From: Squatina squatina
Taxonomy: Eukaryota
Direction of reading: 5' to 3'
Assembly (NCBI GenBank): GCA_031763465.1
Contig: JARFOE010000004.1
Span: 7,342,200-7,395,513, forward strand
Length of the DNA stretch: 53,314 nt
Part shown: positions 23,741 to 41,229 of the stretch, piece after piece
How the letters are laid out: every line of letters begins with the position of its first letter
Position numbering within the stretch: position 1 is the first letter of the stretch
Translations under genes and position numbers: made by a program
The notes under the pieces: generated by a model
What the model saw: only the letters and a program-made list of their open reading frames with translations
Databases searched by the model: none
Told to the model about the DNA's origin: nothing

Positions 23741-26700
23741 GTATGTCTAACAGCAACAGAAAGAGAAAAATGGGTTAATGCTGCAAGTGAAGATCCTGCA
23801 TCAGACTAACAGTAATCAGGTGCAATGCTCCCTCTAATTTGTTTTGGCCCGCGCAGCCCCTTTGGCTGCTGGTCTTTCAAAATTCTGTGCATGCGCAGTT
23901 TTTCTATTTAAAAGCCGGGACCTGCAGAGCCCTGCATGGCTGCGTGGCNNNNNNNNNNNNNNNNNNNNNNNNNNNNNNNNNNNNNNNNNNNNNNNNNNNN
24001 NNNNNNNNNNNNNNNNNNNNNNNNNNNNNNNNNNNNNNNNNNNNNNNNTCACACTTGAGTGACATTTGCAGGATCCGTTTGTACTAATGGAAATCGTGCA
24101 CACTGTTGTACTCCTTCATACCCAATGCAATCCCCTTTATAGCTGTTTACATGATATTACATAGTACATGGGTCAGTTTAACTTTGCATTAATTTTGGGA
24201 CATTGAGCGCAACTTTATTCTGTATTAAGTACAGCCCAACTGATGAGGTCCTGTGATACAATTAAGGTCCTCTTGAACCCGTGATGATTTAAACTCAATG
24301 CTTAATTTTATGATGGTATTAATTACTGTATCCTCAATGTGTTAAGTAAAGTTAGTACAGATTTCTGTTCTGCTTGTTTTGAGTTTGGCAAAAAAATTAA
24401 CTCATACATTCAATAGTGAGCTACATTTCCTAGTTGATGAGTTTGGTTCGTTTAACTGTTAATATAATCTGACCTGGTTAACTTAATGCAGATTAGAGGC
24501 AGGCTACAACCTTAGGCATGGTGGTAAATCTTTAGTCAGCTCTGTTAAGTGGGATTAAGGTAAAAATGGGTTGAAGATTTCTTCAGTGCATACTCTTTGA
24601 TTAATATTCCTCATAGGGTCGACAGATTTTTCTTTTACAGAACAGTGTAAAACCTCTCAAATGATTATCAAGTCATCTAACTGTATTTGTCTGGAATGGG
24701 CCTCTGAAAACTCGTCAAGTTAAGCTGCTGGAGAAATTGCTGACCATGGCAGATGATGCTTAACGGTTTAAGTGCTACCTACTTGAGCCTTCTTTTTCCT
24801 TGTGCAACTGTGGCCATACTAAACTGGGACTAAAAAAAACCACAGAAACTGGAGCTGCTCTGCTCAAGGAGAGCCTTCAGCTCTTCAAACTGGCTTTGAC
24901 AGCAATTTAATTAGACTCTCCAGATCTCCACAGTATACCACATCAAATTAAAACTCAGACCTGCTTCAAATCCACTGCAAGCATCTCAATGTACTAATAA
25001 CAACCTGAAATTGACTTCGCTCCTAAGCCAGATGTTCACAGCAAGTTCTTCTAGAAGAGACACTGCACTTAACAGGAACAAAACCTTATCCTGCATGTTG
25101 CAATAGAAATTGGAACTGAGTGATTAAGTATGGATACATCTTAATATTTTTAAAATGATTGCAGCGAAGACTGAATTGAGAAACTGTGTTTTTATTTAGT
25201 TTTGTGCTGGTAGCGTCTAGCAGTGCACTGCAGAACCATGATGCATGATACCCTTCATAGAAGAGAGTTAATTATTGCAAAATTCTTACTGTGATTTTAT
25301 TAAGATATAAATCTGCTGTTGAATATGCACATACAAGGATAAACAAATGCCATGAAAATGAAGATTTTGCATTACTCCTCTAACATGCCAACCCAACCAT
25401 TACTATTATCAATGATGCTGATTTATTTTGGTGGTGCAGCATTTAGGTTGAAGTCAGAAAGTTGATGTAAATAGATTTTGACTGTTTCTGAGAAAAGGTA
25501 TTTTCTGTTGTTTTGGCAAAATGATTTCCATGAGCAGACAGATATTTGCAAATAATAATTTGAGAGTGATTTTGAATGTTGTTTGTGAGCCACTGAACTA
25601 TGGCGGCAAGCTTTCTTGGCATGCTCTCTGGTAACTGCATGGGTCTTGTATCTGCGCTCTGCATCTGTCCAAGGCTGATGCTAGGTTATCCAGGGCTGTA
25701 GAAGGTAGCCGTGGTCTCCAAGGAATCATCTGTCAAGTCTGCCTTAAACTGAAACCATCATGACTCTTGCCTCAGATGCAGGCATTGGCCTCTATGAAAC
25801 AGTGCTCCTGAACACTGGACAGCTCCACACTGATGGAGCAGAACCCATTTCTGGTCTTGTAGGCCAATCATTGTGCCCCGTATCCTGCTGCTATTATTCT
25901 TCAGTAAGAAAGAATTTGTAAGTGCTGAGCCTGTTAAACATTGTTTACTTTGTTTGCTTCATCTGTGGGTAGCAAATTCTCATCGTTGCTAATTGTTTTA
26001 CTGAGAACTGTTTCCTGACTGCTGATTGTTGGTTGGTAGTTTTTATATCTGTTTGCTATTTGTTTATCAGTATGTTCCTTTCCCATTCAGTTGTGATTTG
26101 TGTTGTTTTGTGAATATGATGTTTGAGCCAATCAGGCACAGATATGACATACACTTTGCAAGTGTGGCAAAGGTTGACGCTTTCAATTGCTCAGCTTTCA
26201 AGTGTGGCAGTGTGACAGTTTGAAATATGATGGACACTGGCGAGATACATGACTTTTATTTATGTAGAGAACTGTTACACAGTTCGGGCGGCCAATTCGT
26301 GTTTTGGGCATTTCTAGCGCTAAGCACCGAATTTCGCGCTGGAAATGGGACTCTTTGGAAATTTTTCTTCAACCCTCCAATTAGCCACTTTAGATTTGGA
26401 TCATTCAAACACGNNNNNNNNNNNNNNNNNNNNNNNNNNNNNNNNNNNNNNNNNNNNNNNNNNNNNNNNNNNNNNNNNNNNNNNNNNNNNNNNNNNNNNN
26501 NNNNNNNNNNNNNTAATTAAATATTTTAATGATGCTGCAGCCTTTGGTTTAACCCTGGCCTGCTGGCTTTCCCAGGCCTCACAAACCCTCGAGACAGTTT
26601 GGCGAGAACATAAGTACCTTTACAGCTCTGCTTATAGGCCAGGAGGAGCAGGAGTGCTCCCCCATCCTGGCCCTCCAAGCTCCACCCCACCGCCAATCAG

Positions 26701-29700
26701 ATTTTATTATACATACATTTTAGTTAAGTGTTTTGCTTATTTAAGGCATTAAAGTATTTAGAAATTACATCTTTAATAAAGAACTACAGAAAGGAAAGTG
26801 GCCCCATTAATATGAATATCAATATTTAATATATCTGTAGTTTTAAATTAAAGGAATTACAGTTAATGTATTGTTGGCTGTAAGACATGCATCACTTTAT
26901 TAATAGTATTATTCAGGACAAGTTTTATTGCCCCATTATTTATACTAGCATGTCGAGGTTGATAGAAGACATTAATTGATAGCTGCCTGGGAATGGTGTC
27001 AGTTTGACCTCTGACCTTTCACAGCATAAATGCTGAAAATCATTGTATGCTGCTGAATCAATAAGAAAATGATGGACAGTCATTGATATGTCCTTTGGGA
27101 AGGATACTGGCAAATCTAACTCCAAAACATCATTGACCAAAAAATGTATCAGATTTTCAGACAGGTGGATAGTTAAATGACTTGCAGTTTGTCCTTCAGT
27201 GATGCCAAAGATAAATGAGAACAATTGAAATGTGTTCTCATCTTCGCTGAGCTGTTACCTCTGGCAGATGATCAAGCATTCGAAGCTAATTTCAGAGGTA
27301 ACAGATCTACTTTAAAACACGATTATTTTCATTTTAAATGACACTTGCCCCCCCACCTTAATTTGCCATATGACACGTGCAAAGCATCCCAGTTTATAAT
27401 TATAACAATAACTTGCAGAAAATGTTGAAGATAAATCTATGAATATTCTTTTGACAGATTTATTGCATAATGTTTACACATTCTGTTGCAGAATGCTTCA
27501 ACTGTATAAAAATTACCCTGTGTTATTTCAGAAATAATAAATTCTTCAGACATACAGAGGTCTGGTCAAAATTAGTTAATTGCCTCTCAGACCTTGGACC
27601 TAACTTGTGAACTTAGTCATTTTTTGGCTAATTAAAGGGGCGTTATCTCCAAAAGAAAGTGCAAACCATTTTCTAATTTTTATAAAAGCATATCATGATG
27701 ACATAAAACACATTTAAAATGTAAAAATGACACATGTATGCCTTCAAACAAGTAAATGTTTGCCAAATATTTCTTGAGTCTTCCTCTTTGAGCAATAGAT
27801 ATATTTTTGAAGTTAAGCACAGCNNNNNNNNNNNNNNNNNNNNNNNNNNNNNNNNNNNNNNNNNNNNNNNNNNNNNNNNNNNNNNNNNNNNNNNNNNNNN
27901 NNNNNNNNNNNNNNNNNNNNNNNCCTGAGGAAATAGTTTCTCTGTATCTACCCAATAAAATTATCAACAGGAGTAATTTCACCTCCTCTAGTCAAGACAA
28001 AAAATCTGGATGACAAAACATAGTGGATGGAGTGGGTGACCTTTTCTCATTGTCATGGTGCCTATACCAGTCAAGATATGTTGCTGTGAAAAGAGGATGC
28101 CACGTACCCATAGCTCTGCACCTTCAGCTTTACATATGTACAATACTATTTGGAGGAAGATTTGTTTCCCCAAAGGGCTGGTTCAAATTTCTATTTGTTT
28201 TATATTAAATACTTGCTTTATTATAATTCAGGAACTGTACATAATGCAAAGCTACAAGATTGCCCCTGACCATTTATTAAGAAGATAAAGCCTCAAAGTG
28301 CATCACTGCTCTAACTGAACAAAGTCTGTATTTAATCTGCATGATAAGGATTCTGAATGAATGAATGCAATATGTCCTATTGAAGAGTGTTTCACACTCT
28401 ATTTAAAGTTTGAGATACTGACTTAACTGCCAAGTTCTCTTACTGCAACTGACAGTTCTCAGCATAAGAACACTTTTGCATCAATAAATATATTAATGGC
28501 ATAATAAATCAGAAGTGCTTGCAATGTCAATTCTTATAAAGGTTATTCATTACAGCGTGACAATTTTATGTGGACATATAAGTACATTAAATGTTGCCCT
28601 TTTTCAAAAACATGCTAGAAAGTTGAGTCACTTTTTCCTTAGAGAGGGGTTTATTATTGGGTTTCCACCAGGAGTTCATGGTTTAAGAATAATCTATTTA
28701 TCAAGGAGAAAATTGCCGGTCAGGTTATAATACTTTATGTTGCTTGCTAAATCTAGCAAGCTCCATCAGTTTAATGGTGGTAATTGATTGCAATGAATTC
28801 ACAGGCCACTGGAGTATTGTAGTTTTAATATATAAAGAATGATTCCAGTTCTGTCTTCACAGTTGGCAAGTTGTTGTTTGTGCTCATAAAGTGAACAGTG
28901 ACAGCTCTGAAGGATGAATGTGTTTGTTTGGTTTATTTTAGGAATGCATCCTTGCTGCTTTGCCCTGTTGCAGTCTGCTGTAGTTCAGTGTGGGACCAAG
29001 GACTGTGGAGATAAAAGGAATTAACTCCTAGACTAAAATTAAATTCAAGTATTTAAAGGGACAGTGCCACTGTATTAGATAATTTTGAAGCAGGTTCAAT
29101 GCTTTGTATATCCATGTCAAATTGAAGCACAGTGCACCAGTGATGAGCAAGTGCAAGTGGAATTAGAAGGGCTGCTTTGTACTGGTTGAAAGACCACCAT
29201 GAGGCGGGGCAGGGGTTCTCCAGCTGTAAGTCCAGGGATTTGTAATTCACAAGGCCTACACTAATTGATAGCTCATATCAGCAGTCGATGCAATTATTTT
29301 GGGGTGACTAAGAAGAAGTCCATGACTTGCATCTGTGCAGTACTGCTTGACTGAGTTGCAGATCACCATATGACCACTCCAGGACTCTCGTTGGCCCAAC
29401 TCTTAATCTCAATATAGCTTGTTTAATGAATGCTATGACTGATACTCTAGAGACTTCAGCGTCCATTCTACTGCAATCTAGCGTGAGGGAACCATTGTGT
29501 GCAACACCACATCCGTAACATGCAGCTGCCACACATAAATGACTAGAGATGTGTCACATATCATTCAGGCTTAGATAGCTGCAGTTGCAGGGGCCATCTT
29601 CTGGCCCAACACAAATAAATATGGCATCTCCATCCTTCGAGACAAATACTGTTACCTAACAGCCANNNNNNNNNNNNNNNNNNNNNNNNNNNNNNNNNNN

Positions 29701-29897
29701 NNNNNNNNNNNNNNNNNNNNNNNNNNNNNNNNNNNNNNNNNNNNNNNNNNNNNNNNNNNNNNNNNAATGGCGAAACGAGGGCTGGCCTTTAACAAGAAAA
29801 AAAAGCACTGAGTGATCAATAGTTGGCCGTCTGCTGCGAATTGCTGCAGTGTTTCCAGAGTAATACCCTAAAGGGATTGGTGTGGATTGACATGTAA

Positions 29898-30614
<717 letters not shown>

Positions 30615-32739
30615 TAGAAACCGCCAGGATTGGCGAGATTGCTTTGAAACATGCTCACAGCCACACCGCGGGGCTTTTCCGTCGCTTCATTTGTAGATAG
30701 GATGATGGAAATTCATGGGATGTCTTGGCTTACTTTTCAGTCACGGAATTATTTCTCTCATTAGCAAAATAAAAAGTAACTCTCGAATCGATTCCAAAAC
30801 AGTCCTCAAGTAAATAAGATCATCGTAAAATGTGTTAATTGTAAAGCTGAACGAAAGTTGGTGATACTTTTAAGAATGTCAGTCTCCCAGGAATGATATT
30901 GGACACCAGGCTAACTAACCCACTTGAGAGGAAATTAGACGTGTGAGGGAGCTCGTACTTAGAGGTCCATCTTATAACGTAGGGTCTCCCCTTTTCTATC
31001 CTTGCAGCTTAATGACGCGTTACAGAAACTCAGTCAGACTAAAGTATCAGATGGATATTTTAAAAATTGACTTCACGTCGATATCCATGTTTTTAGAGTT
31101 TCGTTCCTAATTTGATGTTCAGTAACCTAGGTATCCTGTCCCTAAAATTCAACGGCTAGTGTTTATGCTTTGAAATGCAAGTACATTATTTTATTTCATT
31201 CACTGGAACTCAAATAGCCCTGAACTTTATGTACCAGACTTAAACAGCTCCCCTGTTCCTAGTGGACTGGTACAGAATACAGTACAGTATGTCAGGGCAG
31301 CGATAAGGGTCTGCTGCAGCTGAAATGCATGAAGTTTTAACTGAGCCTTTTAAAGTATTAGCTTGTGCGAATTGCTTGAACTACCCTCCTAATATGTTAA
31401 TATTGTATTTATCAGAATATGATCAAAAAAGAAATATTAGCTTTAAAATGTTTTGCAGTGGTTTATCTGCACTGTTATGTAAGGATAGTGATAAGAAACA
31501 GCCGATCAGAATCTCTATACTGTACCTACTCGCAGGCCTCAGTTTGGACGAGCCGAATATTAGGATAGTAGTGGGATGAAATGTGCCATGTACTCCTATA
31601 AAAGATGAACAAATGAAGGTCAGTTAGCAGAGAAAGTGTGTGAAAAGCTTATTGTTTAGNNNNNNNNNNCTTATTTAAAATTGATTTCACATTCAGTATA
31701 GTCATGCATGTGTTAAATAATCCCCAAAATAGAGTATTTTATTACATTGCAGGATGCATTTTGTGGAGCAATGTGTTGATAAGATGTTGGTTATTTTATT
31801 GCATTGAGAAATAATGTTTGGAACTGCTTTTATGTTTAAGTATACAACGGCTAATATCATTGCTCACATTGAGACAGCTCCTCGTAAATTCTTGTAAGAG
31901 CTCTTCAGTGTGAGTTTTCCCCCATTCAGGATGTTAACACAGTTCTTATACTGTTTAAGGGTCCTGGGAAATAAGCCTGCAGTCAATAGAAAACNNNNNN
32001 NNNNNNNNNNNNNNNNNNNNNNNNNNNNNNNNNNNNNNNNNNNNNNNNNNNNNNNNNNNNNNNNNNNNNNNNNNNNNNNNNNNNNNNNNNNNNNGGCGAG
32101 TGCGAGAGAGAGATCAGAGAGGAGGAGGGGGAGAGAGAGAGAGCAAGCGAAAGAGAGGAGTGGGGGGAGAGAGACAGCAGAGTGCTGTGATGTATCTGAA
32201 TTCATTCTTACCTCCAAAGATCCCCCAACCACTGGGTTCGACAGGCTCCGTGCCACCACCTGTAGAACAGAAACATTTTAAACATCCCGAACACAGGGAG
32301 AGGAGGAGAGATCAGATCTAAGGTGGCGCAATTGATTTTTTTGAGCTGGAATTTCTTAGGCAGGTTCACTGAAGCTGAGAAGCAGGTTGCCGTTAGTGTG
32401 TGGGTTGAACCCCATAATTACAAGTGCATGCTACATTACACATGACCTGGCTCTTGCAGATACAGATCTTACGTGTGTAGTTTTGTACATTTTTGCTGGT
32501 ATTACTTGTTGAGCTGAGGTCCATGCTTGACAGGAGGACTTGGCTCAGGCTGGGAGAAAGTGCCAGTTGGCCTGCTGAGTATTTTGGTTTGGATGATGAT
32601 TGGTTCCAGCGAGGCCTGACCTTCCCATCAGACACTGGATGCTGCAAGGCTCCCTTCAACCGTGGGGACTGGAGATGATTGGTTTAGATAACACCGAAGG
32701 CCATGGTGCTCAATGCGAAAGCTGAGAAATGCATCTGTT

Positions 32740-32937
32740 TGGGGGGATGGGGGAGTGGGGATGGGGGAGTGGAGTGGCGGAGCGGTGATGAGGGAGTGGG
32801 GACGGGGTATTGGGGACGCGGGAGTGGGGATGGGGGAGTGGAGTGAGGGAGTGAGGGAGTGGGGATGGGGGAGTCGGGACGCGGGAGTGGAGTGAGGGAG
32901 TGAGGACGGGGGAGTGCAGTGGGGGAGTGGGGATGGA
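32740..32937 (+). repeat. G-rich degenerate tandem repeat (GGGAGT/GGGGAT units)
   Basis: Repeated gggagtggggatgggggagtggagt units, with almost no C on the + strand. Confidence 0.8.
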
Positions 32938-33451
32938 GGAAGCAATCTGAGTTCGACAGTCCGAGTTATCTTGCTAGCTGTCCTTCTGCCTAATGTCAAT
33001 TCCAATTGGGATATGTATTTGCAGAGCTCACTAACAGTCCTTACATGCCTGCTTCATGTAGGCAAATCTACTGTTGACCATACACTGGGCAGAACTGGTG
33101 AGATTTCTGGGCAGTTTGGCATCCCACCAGTGAAGGTAGCATTATGATGGTGGCTGGGTGGGGAGATAACTTCTTCCTCCTCCCATCAGAATTTATCAAT
33201 GAGGCTGGAAAGGGGAAGAATCCCACAGGAAGGGGATTCCTCGCTATATTCCTCACTCACCCAGATTATATTAATTCCATGACAAAAAAAAGCAGTGTGT
33301 AAGTTCTAGGTTCACTAATCTGTTATTTTACCCCATAGTCAGAATTGATCATCTTTCTAAGGGACAGGACTTATTATGATTATTTATTTTTATCTCAGCA
33401 TGATAACAGTAAATGCTTATCAGTTCTTATTAGTGATATAATACTGCATAA

Positions 33452-34054
<603 letters not shown>

Positions 34055-35141
34055 TAGTTTTAATGTGTTCTTATATCACCTTTATAATTGATACGATGCA
34101 AACTTTACAAAGCAATTTTAAATGTACTGCCATTTTTTTAAATGTTGGCTATCTCTATGAAAATTTGAATATGTGCATTGTGCAGAAAAACTTAAATTTT
34201 CTGTTACTTAACTAAATACAGATTAACACTTAGAAAGTTAGCACACTGAAAAAAAAATTAGGTAATGAGAAAGATTAATAGCTGATCTATACAGATCATA
34301 ACTGGAATTTTTTCCTGTGCTNNNNNNNNNNNNNNNNNNNNNNNNNNNNNNNNNNNNNNNNNNNNNNNNNNNNNNNNNNNNNNNNNNNNNNNNNNNNNNN
34401 NNNNNNNNNNNNNNNNNNNNNAGAGCAGCAAATGTCTGGTGAGGGCAAATGGTGAAAAAAGGCTTACAAAGAACACAACAGGTTTAATGAGAAATACAGT
34501 GGGATTGAGCTACTGAAAAGATGCTGATATTTGCTTCATCCTTCCCTGATAAATTTAAAAACGTTCTTATTTTAAATAACCTTTGTGAATTATTCCATGG
34601 TTCAAATGTGTTCTATTGTTTCAAAAGTGCAAGTTCAATATATATTTGGAAGGATGGGGCCAGTAATAACGTGTATTTGTGCTTTGATGTCACTCTAATA
34701 GCTGTAGTCCAATGTAATGATAAAGTAGTAATTATCTGGAGAGCTTGACTGAGGGGACTGGCTTAATAGACTACATGTCACTCGGGATCAGAAGGCAAAT
34801 CTCATCTCTCAGTAATCCAATTACTACTGTTCTCATTGTCTAGAATTACCCTAAAAGGGTCCTGATAGTGATGTTCAAGCACTCTCAGTAAGCTATAATT
34901 CACGAGGCTCTGGTTTCCATTTATTTAATTAATGGGAAGCATAGCTTTATTATTTTAAAGTAACTGTTTCTTTTTAACTGGTTTACTTTATGTCATAGGT
35001 ATTTGTGACGTGTGTGCGCGCACGCGTTTGTAGCACTTCTTNNNNNNNNNNNNNNNNNNNNNNNNNNNNNNNNNNNNNNNNNNNNNNNNNNNNNNNNNNN
35101 NNNNNNNNNNNNNNNNNNNNNNNNNNNNNNNNNNNNNNNNN

Positions 35142-36025
35142 CTCTGAGGCTGCAGGTCAACATGTAGGACTTGGCATAGTTCAGTGATGACCTCATTTCT
35201 GAACCGCAGTCCTCAAAGGCATTGCTCATCTGTCATCTGCAGGTAGCTGAACTGCTGTCTGAAGACTTGGTGCGAGCATACCTTCTTCGATGTCCCTTTC
35301 CTCGCCGACAGCAGGATGCTGTAGTGTTCTGGCCTGTGCCACCACTGGCTGAGCTGGGTCTGGAAAGTCAAGGGATTGTTGGGCGTGGTCATGATGAGGT
35401 GCTGGTGCAGCCTCCTCCCTACCCTCATTTTGCAGTGCCCTCATTTCTCCCTGCTCCAAAAGAAGCTGGTGCCTGTGCCTGAGGTACCTCATGCGGTGTC
35501 GGTGGAGTTCCCAGTCCACCACTAGAGTAGCACCCATGGCCGATGTGCACCAATCTGTTGAGCAATAAAATGCTCACCCAAAGGCAAAGTTTAGTGTGGA
35601 AAATTCAGCTCCCAACTCGCAGACAATGCCTCCAATGTGATTCAAGCGGCAACAATGCAATTTAGGCAACCAAGATGTCGAAAACACCTGGCCCTTTAAA
35701 TAACGCCAAAAATCAATGGAGGGAGTGTGTCACCACCCAAAAAACCAGGCAGTGTCAGCGCTAGTTTTAAAGGTTTGCAACGGAAGCAAATTCCTTGTCA
35801 GGTGGCTATTTTTGGGTGCTGCGCCTGTTGATGATGTCATGGACGCCATCCAACGTCCAACACCAAGTTTGTAGCGTGCTGCTGGAGCAGCATCCATTTA
35901 GCACCTGCACTGCTCTGATGCCAATTCCGCATCGGAGCCCCTTAGCGCCCAAAATGGACGTTGGACCCCTAGCGCCGTGTAGCGCTTATTTTGCATTTGC
36001 ACTAGAAGACCAATTGGGCGCCAAT
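35142..36025 (-). mobile_element. PIF/Harbinger transposase N-terminal fragment and element end
   Basis: The minus strand reads VFRQQFSYLQMTDEQCL*GLRFRNEVITELCQVLHVDLQP, resembling the N-terminus of HARBI1-like transposases. It carries stops and frameshifts and is followed by a GC-rich subterminal region. Confidence 0.6.
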
Positions 36026-36433
36026 GATGCATTATTATGTGTGTTACCTTGTGTATGAGCAGTTTTCCTTCACAAAAATCTATGGTAAAACAACTTCATT
36101 TAAGTTTGGTCCCTGTTCTGGTGAAGAGGAATCTGTATATTCCATTGTGTTACATGATAACAAATCTGTTGTCACTTTGGCATCCCAGTTTCCCACTGCA
36201 AAATAAGCAATTCACTTTTGTACATACATTAACCTAAAATTATGTGGAAGAATTAGATTATTTTATGTAGATTAGTTATTCCTGACCAAGCCTTGTGTAT
36301 CTGGGGAAGTCCCATACTGATGTGAAACATTATTAAGTTAAGCAAGTAACACTAATGTTCATGAAGTCACTAGAAATACTTGCACACACTGCATTGTCAT
36401 ATGCTAACTATTTTATTCTTCTACTTTCTATAA

Positions 36434-37249
<816 letters not shown>

Positions 37250-37781
37250 TGATGGAAAAGGAAGCTGCTCATGAATTCACATGTACCATGATGAGGTCTG
37301 GAGCTAGTTTAATTCAGCCTGATGACATTTCTGTGAGAGAGCTCCCTCTGCCACGAACTCACTGAATCCACCAAATGTATGAAAAATATTTGCCTTAAAT
37401 ACCTCAGATATATGTCCAACATAAAGAGATTTAATTTGAGATCCCCAGCCATCTGTGATAATTGATAAAATCCATGAGGCGTCTGGGGGTTCAGAAATTG
37501 ATGCACTGTTCACATTCACAGGCAAAAGTCATGGAAAGGCCAGGCATACTGTTATGTCTGACATAGAAGCTGTGGAGTCCTGTAATGACATGACCATTGA
37601 TCCATAAATTACTCAATCATTTTGCAAAACCGTGGATAGATGGTGTATACCTTTGCAGTGATCTGAGTTATATGAAGAAGCNNNNNNNNNNNNNNNNNNN
37701 NNNNNNNNNNNNNNNNNNNNNNNNNNNNNNNNNNNNNNNNNNNNNNNNNNNNNNNNNNNNNNNNNNNNNNNNNNNNNNNNN

Positions 37782-38357
<576 letters not shown>

Positions 38358-39154
38358 ACACCTGAGTAAAATATCACTGGAAAGATCTGCATCAGAACGG
38401 ACCAACAGAACAGGTGGTTTGGATCCCTGGTAAGGTCTGAGCTTACTTCAATCCTGACAGCTTGTGCTGGCCAGTAGGTCAGAACTAAGGAAGCATGGGT
38501 AATTTGAAATGTTCTGTCATTAAACAGGCAATCAAGAAAAGATTTCAAAAGAACAAGTCTGTTCCACCTAACTCTAAGGGTGCATTGAAAGTGAAATACT
38601 GAAATTAATTAGTAAATTGTCAATCATGATTTGAAGGTTTAAGAAAAAATGATAATGTACTATTTCTAACCACCTTCTTTCTTTGGTAGTTTCCTTCTTT
38701 GAACTGGAACACAGAAATGATGGACAGATTGGGAAGAGTTGTATAGGAAAGATATATCTTTGCATGAACGTCTCGCAAATGGACCATCACAAAGAATTAT
38801 TAATGGCAAAAAGCTAGTTATCAGAAAATGTTCACAATACAAAGCCTTATGCACAAACATTTTTTTTCCATAAAAGGGAAAGGAGCACTATGAATTTCTA
38901 AAAAGCTCCCCCAGATTTTCCCCACTCTTTCAGGTAAATGCAAAATTTTGGTGACTTTAGTGATAGAAAGGATTTTTTTTTCCATTTTCCGCAGAAAGCA
39001 CTTGATGAGAAGAATTACTTTTTAAAGCTGTTTTTGAAGCATGGTGCTTTCATGCAAGTAGAAAAAAAAAGCTAGCTTTGATATTTTTCATAGACTGTAA
39101 ATAATAAACAATTTGTTAGTCTGTCTCAGCATACGATAATCAGCTCACATCTGC

Positions 39155-39305
39155 TGGAGCCAATTTTCACTTTCAGTGGTCGTAGGAAATTGGCTGTTGC
39201 AGATCAATGTTGAAGTCAATGAAAAGGAAAATCGGACGGGTTGTATAACTAGCGGCCTATCTGCTACCAACAGTATTCTGCCACTGCCAAGGATCAAAAT
39301 TACAA
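39155..39305. mobile_element. MITE-like element related to 595-725
   Basis: Similar length and layout, starting CAATTTTCACTTT and ending AAAATT. Confidence 0.3.
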
Positions 39306-39924
39306 ACACTGCGTTACAAAATGACTGATACCTTCCTGGCTGTGAACAGAGGAAGGTAAANNNNNNNNNNNNNNNNNNNNNNNNNNNNNNNNNNNNNNNN
39401 NNNNNNNNNNNNNNNNNNNNNNNNNNNNNNNNNNNNNNNNNNNNNNNNNNNNNNNNNNNNATAAAGGTGTCGGGAAGGTTTGCTGTATCTTCTGCAGAAT
39501 TAGGATGAAATGGCAATTTTGGAGGATTAATGCTGAAAATAGTAGGCAACAATAAAAGCACTTTCTTCCCTCTTGTAAGTAAGCCAAAGGGCAGTTAAGA
39601 ATTGTAAGTGTACTTGATACACATGAGGTCTGTGTAAGAGGAAATCAGCCATTATTTTAGTACAGATTTTTTAAAAACTGAAACCATAGATTTCTAATTG
39701 TGTATTCATTATTTTTCAGCAAGTGCACTATAAATCTCATTAAATTCATACATCTTGTTGCAGAAAAGATCACCACAAACAATTTTTGCAGTATGGTTTG
39801 CTTATTATTTAATGAGCTTTGCAAAAATAAGATGTGCTCCCATTGAAAATAATAATCTAAAAAGCCAGGCAGGCAGGTATATTCCAAATATTGAAGAAAC
39901 CTAAAATAAATAGTAACAATTGCT

Positions 39925-40017
39925 AAAAGCCAAAAGCTGCAGATGTTGGAAATCTGAAATCAAAGCTGAAAATGCTGGCAACACTCAGCTGGTCAGACAG
40001 TATCTGTGGGGGAAACA
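39925..40017 (+). repeat. Shark-type repeat fragment (same family as 8510-8634)
   Basis: ctgcagatgttggaaatctgaaatcaaagctgaaaatgctgg...cagtatctgtgg. Confidence 0.5.
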
Positions 40018-41229
40018 NNNNNNNNNNNNNNNNNNNNNNNNNNNNNNNNNNNNNNNNNNNNNNNNNNNNNNNNNNNNNNNNNNNNNNNNNNNNNNNNNNN
40101 NNNNNNNNNNNNNNNNNAGAAAAAGGTAAATGTCAATGTTGTTACTAGTACCACTGTCAAGAGATTTGCCAGAAAAGTTCCTGAGATTTTCTGAAAAAGA
40201 CAAGAATCAATACTGCATTGATATTCAATAGCTAACTCTATATAATATTAAATAAATGCTAAAGGCCCATATAGCAAATAAGATAGCCACAGATTATATT
40301 ACTAGCACCTGAAGGATAGATTGCTGGGAGTAAATACTGAATACTACATTATATCACATGTGTAGCGCTTCCAACAGTCATAAATTTCTTTCCATAGTTG
40401 ATGCAGGAAATATTACTGATTTGATTAAGAACTAGTATAAACTGACTAAATAACAAGTAGTAAGTAGTGGTTTTACCAAAAGAAAATTCCTCACTTCATC
40501 ACCCATGTATCCTTTGGGTACAATAGGTTATCTTTCTGGAAATCCTTGCTTACCTTCATGTATCTATAGTTTTTTCTTAAATACACACTGTCTGAATTTC
40601 AGTATTGTTTTCTGCACCTGTGCTAAGACTGACAGCAGTATTACCTTTCACATATGCATGTTAGTATATTTGTAAAGTTCTATCGGTCTGTTTAATAATA
40701 TTTTTCTAAACTTTTATGAAACTGTGAATCTTTTCGTATGTAAAGCAGTGGTCTGTCAATGTAATTATTATTTCATAGCAATACCAACCTGCAATATAAG
40801 TATTATTGACAATTTTAGCATGACAGGGAAATATCTATCAAAGAAAAATCTATTATTATTGATTAATGGGTTCTATAATCTGAATACTAACACCAGCAAT
40901 TTCATTATTTAATAATTTATCAAAGAAATGATTATTTGACAGCAAACTATTCTTTTACATTAACGAAAATTGCACTATATAAATTTGAACTCTAATGAAT
41001 CAAACACTTTTTAATTNNNNNNNNNNNNNNNNNNNNNNNNNNNNNNNNNNNNNNNNNNNNNNNNNNNNNNNNNNNNNNNNNNNNNNNNNNNNNNNNNNNN
41101 NNNNNNNNNNNNNNNNACATAAGAAAGGGATATGATTTAGTCGTGGCAAAGTCACAATCCTGGCAATCACCATACTCTGTTTTATCATAGTTCAGTCATT
41201 GAAATAAAGTCAGTGTGTCAGATATTTTT

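Noticed and set aside
26940-27224. 94-aa minus-strand ORF
   Set aside because: No recognisable domain; length is within chance expectation.
32628-33005. Pro/Ser/His-rich 125-aa ORF
   Set aside because: Translation of the G-rich simple repeat.
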